In this document: piece after piece, positions 29,063-39,221 of the stretch | Position numbering within the stretch: position 1 is the stretch's first letter | How the letters are laid out: each line of letters starts with the position of its first letter | From: a virus | IMG/VR virus record: IMGVR_UViG_3300025411_000008 | Coordinates: 67,917-131,916 of that record | Length of the DNA: 64,000 nucleotides | Direction: 5' to 3' (one strand) | Program-made: the position numbers and the translations under genes | Notes under the pieces: generated by a model | Database searches by the model: none | What the model was told of the DNA's origin: nothing | What the model saw: only the letters and a program-made list of their open reading frames with translations

Positions 29063-29377
29063 TTACTTCTTAGGCGTAGCCTTCTTGACAGCAGGAGCCT
29101 TCTTAGCAACGGGTGCTGGCGTAGGTTCTACGACAACAGCAGCAGTCTTAGGCTGAGGAAGGGTACCAAGCAACCAACCAAGATTGGGGTACTTCTTCTC
29201 CAAGGCAGTGATAGCCGTGTAGTACAGGCCAGAAGCGACAGGTGTCAACGCAGCGAACGTACCGGTGTTGAACTTACCCCACTTGGTTGCACCCCAAGCG
29301 ATAAGAGCACCAACGATAGCAGCAACAAAGGCACGGCCTATAGCTCTAGTTGTTGTTGTGTTAATTGGATCTGACAT
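29063..29377 (-). CDS. holin-like membrane protein
   Basis: Two TM segments, LEKKYP.LGWLLG motif, basic tail. Confidence 0.55.
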   Translation of the reverse strand: MSDPINTTTTRAIGRAFVAAIVGALIAWGATKWGKFNTGTFAALTPVASGLYYTAITALEKKYPNLGWLLGTLPQPKTAAVVVEPTPAPVAKKAPAVKKATPKK

Positions 29378-29547
29378 TATTTATTCTCCTTGTTGTTTTG
29401 GAACTTCACCGACACCTGTACGCCATTAACTTGGGTTCGCAAGCTATTCAAAAGACCAGCCATTGTTTCACTGATTTCTTGGCTTGCAAGCTCATCGCTC
29501 TGAGCGTCACGAGGGTCATAACTGATTGTAATGACTGCTTTTTTCAT
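29377..29547 (-). CDS. small hypothetical protein (56 aa; below the ORF-track cutoff)
   Basis: Hand-translated MKKAVITISYDPRD...KENK*; TAATG overlap with the next gene. Confidence 0.55.
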   Translation of the reverse strand: MKKAVITISYDPRDAQSDELASQEISETMAGLLNSLRTQVNGVQVSVKFQNNKENK

Positions 29548-29589
29548 AACTTTATGATATATGCAATATTTGCATAAATCAAGCTATTA

Positions 29590-30138
29590 TCAATTATTTG
29601 GCAATTCTGTCAAAATATTGAAAGAAGCAGCAAGATCAGCTGGCATCATTTGGTAAGGGTTGCGGTCGAATACAATGCCGCCTGCCCACAAGGATTGTGC
29701 TACTACGGCACTACAAATCATGGTGTTGCTATTTGTGAACTGCATCTTAATACCAGTCAGCAACTCCAAGGCAATACTCAAGATGGTTAGGAAACCATAC
29801 TTATCCTTAATGAAGCTCTTGCAAGCAGAAACCGTTTGATCACGGCTTTGCTTGTTAAGCTTTGTTGTAACGTAGTAATACTCTACGTCTTTGTATTCAC
29901 TAATGTTGCTTACGATAACACCACGGCCAACAGCCTCAACGATGGTTCCACCTTCATCGATGATCATAGCTGCATGGTTCCAATGAGCAAAAGGCTTCAT
30001 CTTTCCGTGGTAACGGATGAATTGACCAAAACGAATGAACTTAGCTAGAATGCCCTTAGATGAAACCAGGATGAAGTCACCTGGTACATACTTTGTTGGG
30101 TCTTGTCCTGCGGCATATACCTTATATGTCGTAGTCAT
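29590..30138 (-). CDS. permuted papain-like amidase (YaeF/YiiX-like)
   Basis: PGDFIL, WNHAA, EA, Y and ICSAVVA..P.DL layout. Confidence 0.75.
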   Translation of the reverse strand: MTTTYKVYAAGQDPTKYVPGDFILVSSKGILAKFIRFGQFIRYHGKMKPFAHWNHAAMIIDEGGTIVEAVGRGVIVSNISEYKDVEYYYVTTKLNKQSRDQTVSACKSFIKDKYGFLTILSIALELLTGIKMQFTNSNTMICSAVVAQSLWAGGIVFDRNPYQMMPADLAASFNILTELPNN

Positions 30139-31183
30139 CTACATCACCTTCATATCCATATGTTTCATTCAAACCAAAGTGATTACTGGCGAACCAGCCC
30201 TCTACTGCACCACCATCTGGCACAGACTGACCACCACCACGTGCTTGTGGCAGGTCAACAGCACTTTCAACGTCTTCTTCGATTGGCTCATCTACAGTTC
30301 TGCTACCAACGGCAATGTTCCCGAATGGAGCAGCTGAAGCATCGCTTTTGACTCGCTCAGTACCCAAATCTGTACCTTGTTCGTTCCCAGGTTGCGTTAC
30401 GTACCAGCTAGCACCACTAATTGGAGCTCCACCACCAATACCAGTAGCTGGAGTGGCTTCTTGGTGAAGCCCACCGTCTCGAGGAGCATCATTGACACTC
30501 TGGAACTCGTTTGGTCGGTTAAGAGTGAAAGCACCACCAGTATCGCTGTCAATAGCAACGATCTTGAAACCCATAAACAGTTTTGGGTGATTCTTAGCTG
30601 GTGCACCACCGTCTAGAGGGGTAGCTCCATCACTATCCATGTCAGTAATGTCACTTGGGGTGTCTTCGTCAACAGGTTGGCTTTCTTCAGCACCTGGACC
30701 ATAGACAGTTGGCAAGATTTCACTGGTTGGGTCAGCGTAGTGTACGCTAGCATGCCAACCAAGCGATCCGTCTTCATTAGGACCGATCGTGTATTGTGGA
30801 TCGTGGTCTAGTGGTACGTTAAGCTTCTCATCAACACCAGAATCACTGCCGTGTGGCCCCCAGGCGCCTACGGTGCCCTCATTCTCTTTGCCAGCCTTAG
30901 GTAAACGGATGATTTGTATCTTACGGATGGCATCAGCAGCAGTTACGCTCTCTACGAACTGGTTCCAGAGAATCTTGTCTCTTGCCATCGTAGCTGAAAG
31001 GTTATCACCAAGTTGAAGAGATAGGATAAACCCATCATCCATCAAAGTAACTTCAGGATCAGCAAAGTATCCTTCGAACTGCGACATGATTGAACGAACG
31101 ACTGCGTCCTTGTTATATTCTGAGACATAACGGTTAAAGACGCAGCGAAAGTTCTTGCGCTGAGGAGTATTTGCAGATGCCAT
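30122..31183 (-). CDS. acidic hypothetical protein
   Basis: 353-aa ORF within the operon. Confidence 0.65.
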   Translation of the reverse strand: MASANTPQRKNFRCVFNRYVSEYNKDAVVRSIMSQFEGYFADPEVTLMDDGFILSLQLGDNLSATMARDKILWNQFVESVTAADAIRKIQIIRLPKAGKENEGTVGAWGPHGSDSGVDEKLNVPLDHDPQYTIGPNEDGSLGWHASVHYADPTSEILPTVYGPGAEESQPVDEDTPSDITDMDSDGATPLDGGAPAKNHPKLFMGFKIVAIDSDTGGAFTLNRPNEFQSVNDAPRDGGLHQEATPATGIGGGAPISGASWYVTQPGNEQGTDLGTERVKSDASAAPFGNIAVGSRTVDEPIEEDVESAVDLPQARGGGQSVPDGGAVEGWFASNHFGLNETYGYEGDVDDYDI

Positions 31184-31186
31184 ATA

Positions 31187-32053
31187 CTACATACGCGGAT
31201 ACTTGAGCTTTTTAAACCGTTCGAGGCTCATTCCCTCATATCTACGGCACAAAGAGTCAAGTGAAATCTGCTGGATGTCATAACTACCGTTTTGGACACC
31301 ATGCTTAACGACAATACCTCTAAAGTGAGCATTGCCTTGTGGTCCCTTGTAGTTTTCATCGTGCAGGTAACAAGCACCGGCTACAAGGCCATGCTGTGAG
31401 AACGCATCATTCTCATCTCTTCCACCATTTACGTAACGCATGCCATAAAGGAACGTTTGTTGGTGACCCATAGTAAATGAGTGGCCGATATTCTTCAGAC
31501 GAGCATCAATCGTACCACCATAGGGGTTTCCCGTCATAGGGTTATAAAAGAAGTGACTGTAAGCTACACCATCAAGCCAAAGAATGTGCTTGAATGGGCT
31601 AACTCTCCAACCGCTACGGGCATAGTCAAGGTCATCTGTGCTAAATAGGCCATCAATCTGTGCATCCATCTCTGTTGCACGGTTGATACGATCTTCGTGG
31701 TTACCAAGAAGAATGTGACGCTCTGGGTTCCAGATAGCATGCTTAGACTTACGCTTGTTTTCGTTATAGTCATAAAGAGGCTGGTTTAGGATGTGCCAGT
31801 GTTCATTGGCAGCTTCAATGTCTGCTTTGACACGACGACCCTCCATGCTCTTCTTACCCTTATCGTACATTGAAAGGGCTGGCATATCAGCGTGGTCACC
31901 AAGGTGAATGATCTTCACATCTTGGTTGTGGAACTCTTCTACAATATAGTTACCGATCCAAGTGAGGTGGTCGGTTGGGACCCCATCTTTAGCTTGGGTG
32001 TCCGGGATAACGATGTGTGTTGCTGGGTCTTTCTCGACAGAGCTATTCGTCAC
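31187..32053 (-). CDS. metallophosphoesterase
   Basis: IPDTQ, HLGDHADM, LGNHEDR and MGHQQ calcineurin-like motifs. Confidence 0.85.
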   Translation of the reverse strand: MTNSSVEKDPATHIVIPDTQAKDGVPTDHLTWIGNYIVEEFHNQDVKIIHLGDHADMPALSMYDKGKKSMEGRRVKADIEAANEHWHILNQPLYDYNENKRKSKHAIWNPERHILLGNHEDRINRATEMDAQIDGLFSTDDLDYARSGWRVSPFKHILWLDGVAYSHFFYNPMTGNPYGGTIDARLKNIGHSFTMGHQQTFLYGMRYVNGGRDENDAFSQHGLVAGACYLHDENYKGPQGNAHFRGIVVKHGVQNGSYDIQQISLDSLCRRYEGMSLERFKKLKYPRM

Positions 32054-32061
32054 ACTATTCC

Positions 32062-32226
32062 TTAGTTCTGGTCCTCTGCATCAAGATCCTGCAAGTCTCT
32101 ATAGTTCTCGCTAGGCTTATCTTCATCATTAAGACCAGCTACGTCCTTAGTTGTCTTAATTGTTGAAGTAGGGCTATCTGTGATGACGCGGGCATTCTTA
32201 TCTGGCTTGTTGCTGTATCTAATCAT
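32062..32226 (-). CDS. small hypothetical protein
   Basis: Start placed at MIRYS after AAAGG, overlapping the upstream stop. Confidence 0.5.
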   Translation of the reverse strand: MIRYSNKPDKNARVITDSPTSTIKTTKDVAGLNDEDKPSENYRDLQDLDAEDQN

Positions 32227-32515
32227 TGCTATGCCTTTCCTTGTGTTTATCAAGTTTTGCAATGAGAGTCTCGTTGATCATTTTTATGCATCTAACGCGA
32301 TCCTTTGGCAAAACGTTCTTCCACAGGATAATTTCACTAGGTAACGTTTTTACGATACCTTCGTGCTTGTTATTAATTGTAACGAGTGAAGCTTGAAAAT
32401 GCAAGTCACATACGTTACATTTTGTATCATTTACAACTTCGTTTACAAATTCTAGTTCTATTTCGTTAGAAATATTATCGTTGTACGTAATACCTTCAGG
32501 TAATTCTAATGCCAT
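32219..32515 (-). CDS. hypothetical protein
   Basis: 98-aa ORF within the operon. Confidence 0.55.
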   Translation of the reverse strand: MALELPEGITYNDNISNEIELEFVNEVVNDTKCNVCDLHFQASLVTINNKHEGIVKTLPSEIILWKNVLPKDRVRCIKMINETLIAKLDKHKERHSND

Positions 32516-32517
32516 AT

Positions 32518-32748
32518 TTAGTTAGCTTTGTAAGCTACAAGTGCCAAGTTCTTTAGGCACTCTTCTGGGGTGATCCCATTTACGCTTGATAGTTTATTGA
32601 TAAACACCATCATAACACCAGCAAGTGAGCTGAAGAGTTGGATGGGATCACTCTCGAGGACCATTTCATAAGCTAGTTCCTCTTGGCCGCTGATGATTGC
32701 TGTCATCAAAGCGACTACGTTGCCAATGTTCTCTGTTACAGAATCCAT
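32518..32748 (-). CDS. hypothetical protein
   Basis: Start placed at MDSVTE (TAATG overlap with dps). Confidence 0.55.
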   Translation of the reverse strand: MDSVTENIGNVVALMTAIISGQEELAYEMVLESDPIQLFSSLAGVMMVFINKLSSVNGITPEECLKNLALVAYKAN

Positions 32749-33269
32749 TATGCCTCGGTAGACGCCTTCAAGAACCAACTCCACTTTTGGTGTTGATCAA
32801 TGCGTTCAGCAATGAAGTTTGCAATACCTTGCTCGTTATCTTTGTCAGCAAGAACAAAGACCTTTTTAATGTGATCAATGTATTCGTTATTCATATCTAA
32901 GAATTGCTTAGCAAGATTACGTGCATCATCATCGTTAGAACCTACTTCTTTAATTCTACTAAGTCCAGACAATTGGCTCATTACAAAAGGAGCTTTAGCA
33001 TCAAGCTTTCTGATGTTTTCTGCAATTGGGTCAATGTTTTCGTAGATATCATCTACGATCTCATCAAAGAACTTGTGATATTGATAGAAGTCATTACCAA
33101 CAACATTCCAGTGGAAACCATGAATAGTGTGATAGAGAACGTATGCTTCAGCAAGCATTCTTTTCAGAGCAGTGACCAAATCACTAACATCTTCTTCATA
33201 TTCTGGGTTTCTAGTGTCGTCTTCTACTTCTGTTGCACTGACGACTCTAAAGCCATTCCAATTGTCCAT
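32748..33269 (-). CDS. dps: Dps/ferritin-like DNA protection protein
   Basis: HGFHWNVVG..F..YHKFFDE...D.IAE.IR and H.KWSWFL Dps signature. Confidence 0.88.
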   Translation of the reverse strand: MDNWNGFRVVSATEVEDDTRNPEYEEDVSDLVTALKRMLAEAYVLYHTIHGFHWNVVGNDFYQYHKFFDEIVDDIYENIDPIAENIRKLDAKAPFVMSQLSGLSRIKEVGSNDDDARNLAKQFLDMNNEYIDHIKKVFVLADKDNEQGIANFIAERIDQHQKWSWFLKASTEA

Positions 33270-33271
33270 TG

Positions 33272-33982
33272 TTACAGCCAGTTAAGGCCATCTCCGAACG
33301 ACTCATCAATTGATTGCTCAACAAGGCGAGCAGACAGCTTGTTTGCGCTAGCACTCTTGATGCTGCGGAAGCCTGCACCCTCGTTCTTAGCACGACGGCA
33401 AATCTCTACATTGTCAACAAAGTTTTCAATGATAGATGCACGCTTTACAGTGTCAAGGATAGGAAGCGTCTTACGCTCTACGTAGTAAACAGCAGCTTCA
33501 CGTGTGTCAAGCTGGCTGCCCAGAAGGCGGTTGTGTTGGTCTTCGACCCAAACCTCAGCACCAGCGGTAACGAAGTTGATCCAGTCAGCTGACTCAAACT
33601 CGTTCTCAATGCCAGCAGCTGTACGGTACAAAAGGCTGCCATCGTCTTCGCCAAGGTCACTTGTGCCAGCACTGCTAACGCGATATTCCTTAGCAATTGT
33701 GCCACCAGGCAAGCTATTGAGGTAGTCCTCAGTGTCAAAGTCAACGTACTCTGAAGCCAGCTTCTCGAGCGATTCCTTCTCAGCACCAAGCTCGGTGATG
33801 ATGTTAGCATAGCGCTCGATCTCTCTTTGACCAACGTTAGGGTTGCTAGCAGCCATACGAGTCTTGTCCAGAATGTCCTGCAGCCTGTCAAGACGTGTCA
33901 AGATGCTCTCTGAGGTACCATTAAACCAGCGTGCATCAGCAGCTGCGGTCTTGGCTTCAATCTCAATATTTTCGTAGTTCAT
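33272..33982 (-). CDS. hypothetical head-associated protein
   Basis: Start placed at MNYENI; AKTAAADARWFNGT N-terminus. Confidence 0.65.
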   Translation of the reverse strand: MNYENIEIEAKTAAADARWFNGTSESILTRLDRLQDILDKTRMAASNPNVGQREIERYANIITELGAEKESLEKLASEYVDFDTEDYLNSLPGGTIAKEYRVSSAGTSDLGEDDGSLLYRTAAGIENEFESADWINFVTAGAEVWVEDQHNRLLGSQLDTREAAVYYVERKTLPILDTVKRASIIENFVDNVEICRRAKNEGAGFRSIKSASANKLSARLVEQSIDESFGDGLNWL

Positions 33983-34009
33983 AATGGAATCTTTCTTTTT
34001 CCTCAAACA

Positions 34010-34660
34010 CTATTGCGCGTTACGGCTATGATTACATTCATCGTGTGTCATATGTTCTGTGCAAAAACTAGGGCCCAACTCTTCTGAAAGCAACTCGGCT
34101 AGCTTCTTGCTAGCAGTAGTACCACTATTCAATGGGTTAGCACCATTCAGCTCACCGGGTTGAAGGTCATTGGGAGCAGTAGCTTGGCCAATAGGACTTT
34201 GGTTAGTGGCAGAAAAATCTTGTGATTTTCCCGAAGGAGGAGCTGGGTTAGGACCGTTGTTGGCAAAGTTCTGTGAGCTTGCTGCCTGTGGGACAATCAG
34301 ATCGGGAGCACCTTCAAAATAAGCAAGTGCGTTAACGATCTTTGATGCACCCTTGCGGTGTCTCCAAGAGTAAACTGAATCAGCTGCCTTATCAAGTGCA
34401 TCTTCTTCACTTTCCTTTTGACCAGGCTCGTATGGGTGACACTTGGCTCTGTCTCCAGGACCCTTCCAGCCAGGCTTAGTGCCTTCTGCAGTTTCAATAG
34501 TGCATTCTCTCAGCTCGTTCTTAATATTGGCAGCAGTGATGCTAAAACCAAGATATGAGCTAAGAATTACGCGGCGGCAACCATTGCAATAGATTTCTGG
34601 GCCAGCCTTGCTAGATGTTCTAACAAGCTCACCCTTTCTGCATATAAAACATTTTTCCAT
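34010..34660 (-). CDS. hypothetical protein with N-terminal Zn ribbon
   Basis: Start placed at MEKCFIC; CxxC...CxxC. Confidence 0.6.
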   Translation of the reverse strand: MEKCFICRKGELVRTSSKAGPEIYCNGCRRVILSSYLGFSITAANIKNELRECTIETAEGTKPGWKGPGDRAKCHPYEPGQKESEEDALDKAADSVYSWRHRKGASKIVNALAYFEGAPDLIVPQAASSQNFANNGPNPAPPSGKSQDFSATNQSPIGQATAPNDLQPGELNGANPLNSGTTASKKLAELLSEELGPSFCTEHMTHDECNHSRNAQ

Positions 34661-34661
34661 A

Positions 34662-35942
34662 TTAGAACCTAAAGAACTTTTCGAGAACATCAACGGGGAG
34701 ACCGATAGATGAAGTTCTTGCAGCAGGTGGGTTCGTTGGGTCTTTTGCCCAAGCTGCTCTAGAAGCAACATCTGCATTGTTTTTAGCTTTGTTGTAGTTC
34801 ATGCCAGTTCCAGGAGTCGCTATAGCTTTTCCATGTGCTTCTGCTGCATCCATGTGTGCGAAGTAAGCTTCTCTGTGATCAGGGTTGTTACCATGGAAAG
34901 TATCAGCACCATGAAACTCTGGAGAACCATCGGAGTTTGTTCTTCCTGTCCATGGAGTGTTACCCTGCAACTTGTTAGCAGCATTGAGGTGATTATCACG
35001 CAAAGTTGCATGATAGTTATTGGTATCATCCTTTTGGGAGTCTTTACGATCCATGAACATGTGTGCAGCATCATACATACCGGCTTGCTTGGATGCAGTG
35101 GCGTGACCAAAACCATCAGTCAGCTCAAGAGGACCACGATCAGCTTCGCCAGGTGTCATATCGTGTGAACGAGGAATTAAGTTGCTATTTGGTTTAATGT
35201 CATACAAGCTTTGACCTTCGCTCTGCTGAGGGGTCTTGTTGTAGAACTTGTATTGTGTGTAACCGTTGTAGTAGTCCTTGCTCAAGAGGGCAAGATCCTC
35301 GTCCATTGGCTTACCGGCTTGTGCATCGCCGTAGCCTTGGTAGTAAAGCTCACTGTCGTTAGCTTCTTTGAACATAGCGTAGAAAGCACCAGCGGCACCC
35401 ATCTTGGCTTCTTCCTTAACGATGTCACGCCCAGCATCAAGGTCGCCAGCAGTAGGGCCTTCTACTGTTGTAAGGCTCTCACCCGAGAAGTTATTTTCGC
35501 CAATGCCGTGGTCATTAGCAGGCTGGTTGCAACCACAATTTGTGCATGCAATGCGTGTTCCTGGGAAGTATGTCTTTTCGCAGTGATTACAGAATGGCTC
35601 ACCATTCTCCATCACGTATGCAATTCTTGCATTCATGCTCATGTTTGCTCCAATAATTGTTGATAGCGATCCTGGAGATACGCTAGAAAGCCCTTCATTG
35701 CTTACAACTGGTGGTTGCCCCTCGAGATCAATTGTATCCTTAGGCTCATCGCCCAAAGCAGTCAATCTCGTAGAGTTTTCGTCTTCGTTACCAATGTCTG
35801 CAAATCTAAAGTGGCCAACAGTACCGACTTGGCTTTGTCCTGGAAGGCCAAACCCTGCATCGTCTTCTTCGGTAGCGTCTTCAATGCCTCGTAGCGAAGC
35901 ATCGTCTCCGTAATTACCGTTATCCTGCGTAGCGTATCTCAT
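34662..35942 (-). CDS. hypothetical protein
   Basis: ~426 aa; MRYA N-terminus, CNHC..CTNC, YYQGY.DA motif. Confidence 0.65.
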   Translation of the reverse strand: MRYATQDNGNYGDDASLRGIEDATEEDDAGFGLPGQSQVGTVGHFRFADIGNEDENSTRLTALGDEPKDTIDLEGQPPVVSNEGLSSVSPGSLSTIIGANMSMNARIAYVMENGEPFCNHCEKTYFPGTRIACTNCGCNQPANDHGIGENNFSGESLTTVEGPTAGDLDAGRDIVKEEAKMGAAGAFYAMFKEANDSELYYQGYGDAQAGKPMDEDLALLSKDYYNGYTQYKFYNKTPQQSEGQSLYDIKPNSNLIPRSHDMTPGEADRGPLELTDGFGHATASKQAGMYDAAHMFMDRKDSQKDDTNNYHATLRDNHLNAANKLQGNTPWTGRTNSDGSPEFHGADTFHGNNPDHREAYFAHMDAAEAHGKAIATPGTGMNYNKAKNNADVASRAAWAKDPTNPPAARTSSIGLPVDVLEKFFRF

Positions 35943-35977
35943 CAATGACTAGTGCGCCTTGGGGGCTATTTTAACTC

Positions 35978-37057
35978 TTATTCCCAGCTGGTTGGTTTGT
36001 CATTGTTAGTTGAATTGAAACGATCTTCATTCAACAAATCAATTAATCTATTGCTGCTACCAGTGATTGGTCGAGCTGGCGTTGGGAAGTTAGATATAGT
36101 TTGTGGGAAATTAAGCTCAAGGTTAATTCCTGCTCCAGGACCAGATGACCCTTTTTCTGGCGTTTGCTTTGTAGGCATTGGTTCTTGACCAGTTTCAAGC
36201 TTAGTTTTCTGTTGTGGTGGGTTACTAGTCTCTTGCTCACTCTTAGTAGAAGTTTCTTCTTCAAGAGAAGGTTCTGGCATAGCTTCTGTTTTATCACCAA
36301 TTGTTTTAGGAGCTGGCTGCCAAGTTGTGGGAGATGGTTGTGGTGTGCTAGGAGGAGTCTTTGATGGCTTACCAGGAACAGTGAAAGGTGGAACTGTGAT
36401 TGGCTTAGTAGGAGCCAATGGGTGAGTCTCGAGAGGCATGATGCTACCAACTACGGGGTTAGCAGGGCTTGCAAAGCTCTGTCCACCACCAGAATCTGGC
36501 GTATTGTTGATATCATTGCTATTGTCGCCATTTTCATTACCGCTTGAGTTGCTACTAGGCAAGTTCTTCAATGCATCGCTAAGGCCACCACCTTCTGCAC
36601 CTGCAGCGGCCTCTCCAGCGCCAGCGACTGCTTCTCCAGCACCAAGAAGCTCTGGGATAGCAAGAAGAGGACCAGCAGTCACAATTGTGCTTGCTGTGAC
36701 CATGCGAAGTTCCTTAGCAGCGAACCCCTTACCAGCTTCTGACTGGTAAACTTGGTTATCTGTCAATGCATAAGGAATAACGTTAACAGTTGCGTGCGCT
36801 TTGCGCAGCATTTCTGTTGCAATGCCTTGGTTTCGGTATTCTGGCTCGACGTAAACACCATCCATGATGTAGTTGCCACTAGCTTGCTTTTCAGCAGTGA
36901 AATAACCGATTCTTTCGTCTCCAACCATTGCTTCAACAAGAAGACCAGAGAACGTGCCACCAGTCTTGTATTGCATTGGGCCAACGTTAGCAACAATTCG
37001 AACCTTGTCACCTTGTTCTTCAAGGATCTCATTAAGTCTTGGTGGGATAGTAGCCAT
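35978..37057 (-). CDS. GNAT acetyltransferase domain + low-complexity tail
   Basis: VYVEPEYRNQGIATEML (GNAT motif A) and QSEAGKGF. Confidence 0.7.
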   Translation of the reverse strand: MATIPPRLNEILEEQGDKVRIVANVGPMQYKTGGTFSGLLVEAMVGDERIGYFTAEKQASGNYIMDGVYVEPEYRNQGIATEMLRKAHATVNVIPYALTDNQVYQSEAGKGFAAKELRMVTASTIVTAGPLLAIPELLGAGEAVAGAGEAAAGAEGGGLSDALKNLPSSNSSGNENGDNSNDINNTPDSGGGQSFASPANPVVGSIMPLETHPLAPTKPITVPPFTVPGKPSKTPPSTPQPSPTTWQPAPKTIGDKTEAMPEPSLEEETSTKSEQETSNPPQQKTKLETGQEPMPTKQTPEKGSSGPGAGINLELNFPQTISNFPTPARPITGSSNRLIDLLNEDRFNSTNNDKPTSWE

Positions 37058-37785
37058 TATAGTTTTCCTAGGTCAGTAGTGAGGTCTTCAAGGCGCATAT
37101 CGCCATATTGACCCTTTTCAACAATCTCTGGAGTGATGAGAGCCCAGCTCTCTTCCATGTAGCTTTGCAGCCATCTCCACGTTACCTTCTGCACTTTACC
37201 CCAGGTAATACATTCAGCGTAGTCCTTGTCGTAACCTACGAGGATGACACAGTGGCCACCTTCGATCTGATTGTCAGCAGGAGTGCCTGTAAGGTCCCAT
37301 GGCTGGTTGTCAAGGAATTGCTGCTGGAAGGTGACTGGGAGCTTTACACCAATGTATACAAGCCCATATGAGGCAATTACGCTACGGAGCTCATCAAGGT
37401 CAGCATGGTCAGTAGGGGCGAACGCAGCAAGCTTTGTGTTGAACAAGCCGTTGGTCTGCCAGTACTTTAGTAGGTCCGCCTCGACCGCTCCAGCATCTTG
37501 TCCATTCGTATAATTGAGATAACTTTGCTCGACTTCGGTGTCAGAAGGGAATCCTTCTGTAAGTTGTAAGAAAGCAGCGTTAGCCATTCTGGCGTGAACA
37601 ATACCAGCAAAAGTACAATCCCCATATTTATCATTTCCTAACATTCCCCAATTATCTACGTTTGGCACTGCTACGCTCTCTGGTGCAGCTGGCAACGGGT
37701 TGCCCTGATAGAAAGCAAGCATGTGCAACCCAGCAGGGCGCTTAGGATCTAGCTTACCTAATTTACCAACAATACGATCAGTCAT
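37057..37785 (-). CDS. papain-like (C1-type) cysteine peptidase
   Basis: GNDKYGDCTFAG, GGHCVILVGYD and ITWG. Confidence 0.75.
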   Translation of the reverse strand: MTDRIVGKLGKLDPKRPAGLHMLAFYQGNPLPAAPESVAVPNVDNWGMLGNDKYGDCTFAGIVHARMANAAFLQLTEGFPSDTEVEQSYLNYTNGQDAGAVEADLLKYWQTNGLFNTKLAAFAPTDHADLDELRSVIASYGLVYIGVKLPVTFQQQFLDNQPWDLTGTPADNQIEGGHCVILVGYDKDYAECITWGKVQKVTWRWLQSYMEESWALITPEIVEKGQYGDMRLEDLTTDLGKL

Positions 37786-37787
37786 TA

Positions 37788-38156
37788 TTATCTCCCATAA
37801 ACATCTTTCCATTGACTAAAAGTCAAACCAGTTTTGCCTGCAAGGAACGAGTGAGTGTTGCAATATGGCCTTGGCACTGAAGAATCAGACCAATGCATGT
37901 ATTTTGCTTCGTACTTCTTACCTTGGCAGTCGCCATGAGCACATGCAGCCATACCCTTGCGGTCTACGTAAGGTGCTTTCCTAGTTTTCTTAGGAGGCTC
38001 TGGCTGTGGGTTCTCTGCTAAGTACTTCTGCGTGTTCTCGCAATCGGTAGTGTCTTTGCACCTACCGCTGCTAACGATTGTGTGGGTGCCATCATCTGAT
38101 GCACCACAGAGCTGACATTGGTCAGGACGAGCAGCGTAACGTTCTGACCAAGACAT
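37788..38156 (-). CDS. Cys-rich hypothetical protein
   Basis: 122 aa; MSWSERYAA N-terminus. Confidence 0.65.
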   Translation of the reverse strand: MSWSERYAARPDQCQLCGASDDGTHTIVSSGRCKDTTDCENTQKYLAENPQPEPPKKTRKAPYVDRKGMAACAHGDCQGKKYEAKYMHWSDSSVPRPYCNTHSFLAGKTGLTFSQWKDVYGR

Positions 38157-38611
38157 TAGAAGTATTTCTGTCGTTCTGACGGAGTCATCTTGCCTGATTT
38201 TGCTACAGCAGCATCGTGGCTCAGCGGTGTTGGGTTGGGGTTATGACGTCCATTGACTATTGTTTCTCCAACTGATCTAAGCAAGCTATAGTGATTGGGA
38301 ATAACATTTTTGTTGAGAGCGTCAATCGCTTCATCATGTGTAGCTAGCAGTCTGGGCTCTAAAGCTTCTGGGCCACCAAGCCATGGATCATTGCGTGCAC
38401 GTGCACTAACATATAAACTGATATTGTGACCCTGGGTATAGGCATGCATCATTTCGTCTTCGGTAATACCGTGTCGCCTAGCATCATCAACATGCTTCTT
38501 TTGAATAAGCTTGGGGTTGCCTGAGTTGGCGTGATCAATCAGCTTCTCAAAGTAGTGTGGATCACCATAACCAAAGGTATCTTCAGCTGCGTATCTTCTT
38601 TTCCAATTCAT
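38156..38611 (-). CDS. hypothetical protein
   Basis: Start placed at MNWKRRYAA (TAATG overlap). Confidence 0.65.
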   Translation of the reverse strand: MNWKRRYAAEDTFGYGDPHYFEKLIDHANSGNPKLIQKKHVDDARRHGITEDEMMHAYTQGHNISLYVSARARNDPWLGGPEALEPRLLATHDEAIDALNKNVIPNHYSLLRSVGETIVNGRHNPNPTPLSHDAAVAKSGKMTPSERQKYF

Positions 38612-38802
38612 TAATCTTCTCCAAGGATCCAATCGGCTACTTCTTTACTGCGTGAGTGTTCTTGTCCAATAGATGGCCCTTCTTGTCTACTCAGTTCAGA
38701 AATAATGTGTTTTTCTGCTTCAGTAGTGTTAGGGCATTGCAGTTTAGGCCAGCCATGGCATGAACAGCTTTCTGCTGCGTATCTTTTAGACCAATTACTC
38801 AT
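38611..38802 (-). CDS. small hypothetical protein
   Basis: 63 aa; MSNWSKRYAA N-terminus. Confidence 0.6.
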   Translation of the reverse strand: MSNWSKRYAAESCSCHGWPKLQCPNTTEAEKHIISELSRQEGPSIGQEHSRSKEVADWILGED

Positions 38803-39221
38803 TTGATGAGTCCTCTCACGTATTTTGCTGCCTCAAAGTCACTGTAAGCTGTGACGTGTTTGCCACCATGACCTCTGTGGTGGAAAAGGCATAGCCATTC
38901 CAGGTTTGTTGCGCTCTCTACCCATGCACCAACGGTGTCTGGGTCGCTAACGCCGGGGTAATCGACTTCGAGCCACTTAAGATCGACGCCATTCTGCAAT
39001 GAGAACTCAATATGAGTGTGGTGAAGCTCCAAAGGGTGCTCAGAGTCGCACTCACTGAAGTCATTGCGGTGTTCACCGATAGCACATTTAGCTGTTGCCT
39101 TCGTTTTCTCACGGAAATGGTGAAAATCGACGTAATGTGGGTCATCTTCACGCTCTGGGTGAGGTGGATAGTGAACGGTGTAATGATGAGTGATGTTCTG
39201 GTCGTGTTCTTCGACGGTCAT
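38799..39221 (-). CDS. His/Cys-rich protein (HNH-like fold possible)
   Basis: C...C..LELHH...NL..LC..HH pattern. Confidence 0.5.
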   Translation of the reverse strand: MTVEEHDQNITHHYTVHYPPHPEREDDPHYVDFHHFREKTKATAKCAIGEHRNDFSECDSEHPLELHHTHIEFSLQNGVDLKWLEVDYPGVSDPDTVGAWVESATNLEWLCLFHHRGHGGKHVTAYSDFEAAKYVRGLIK

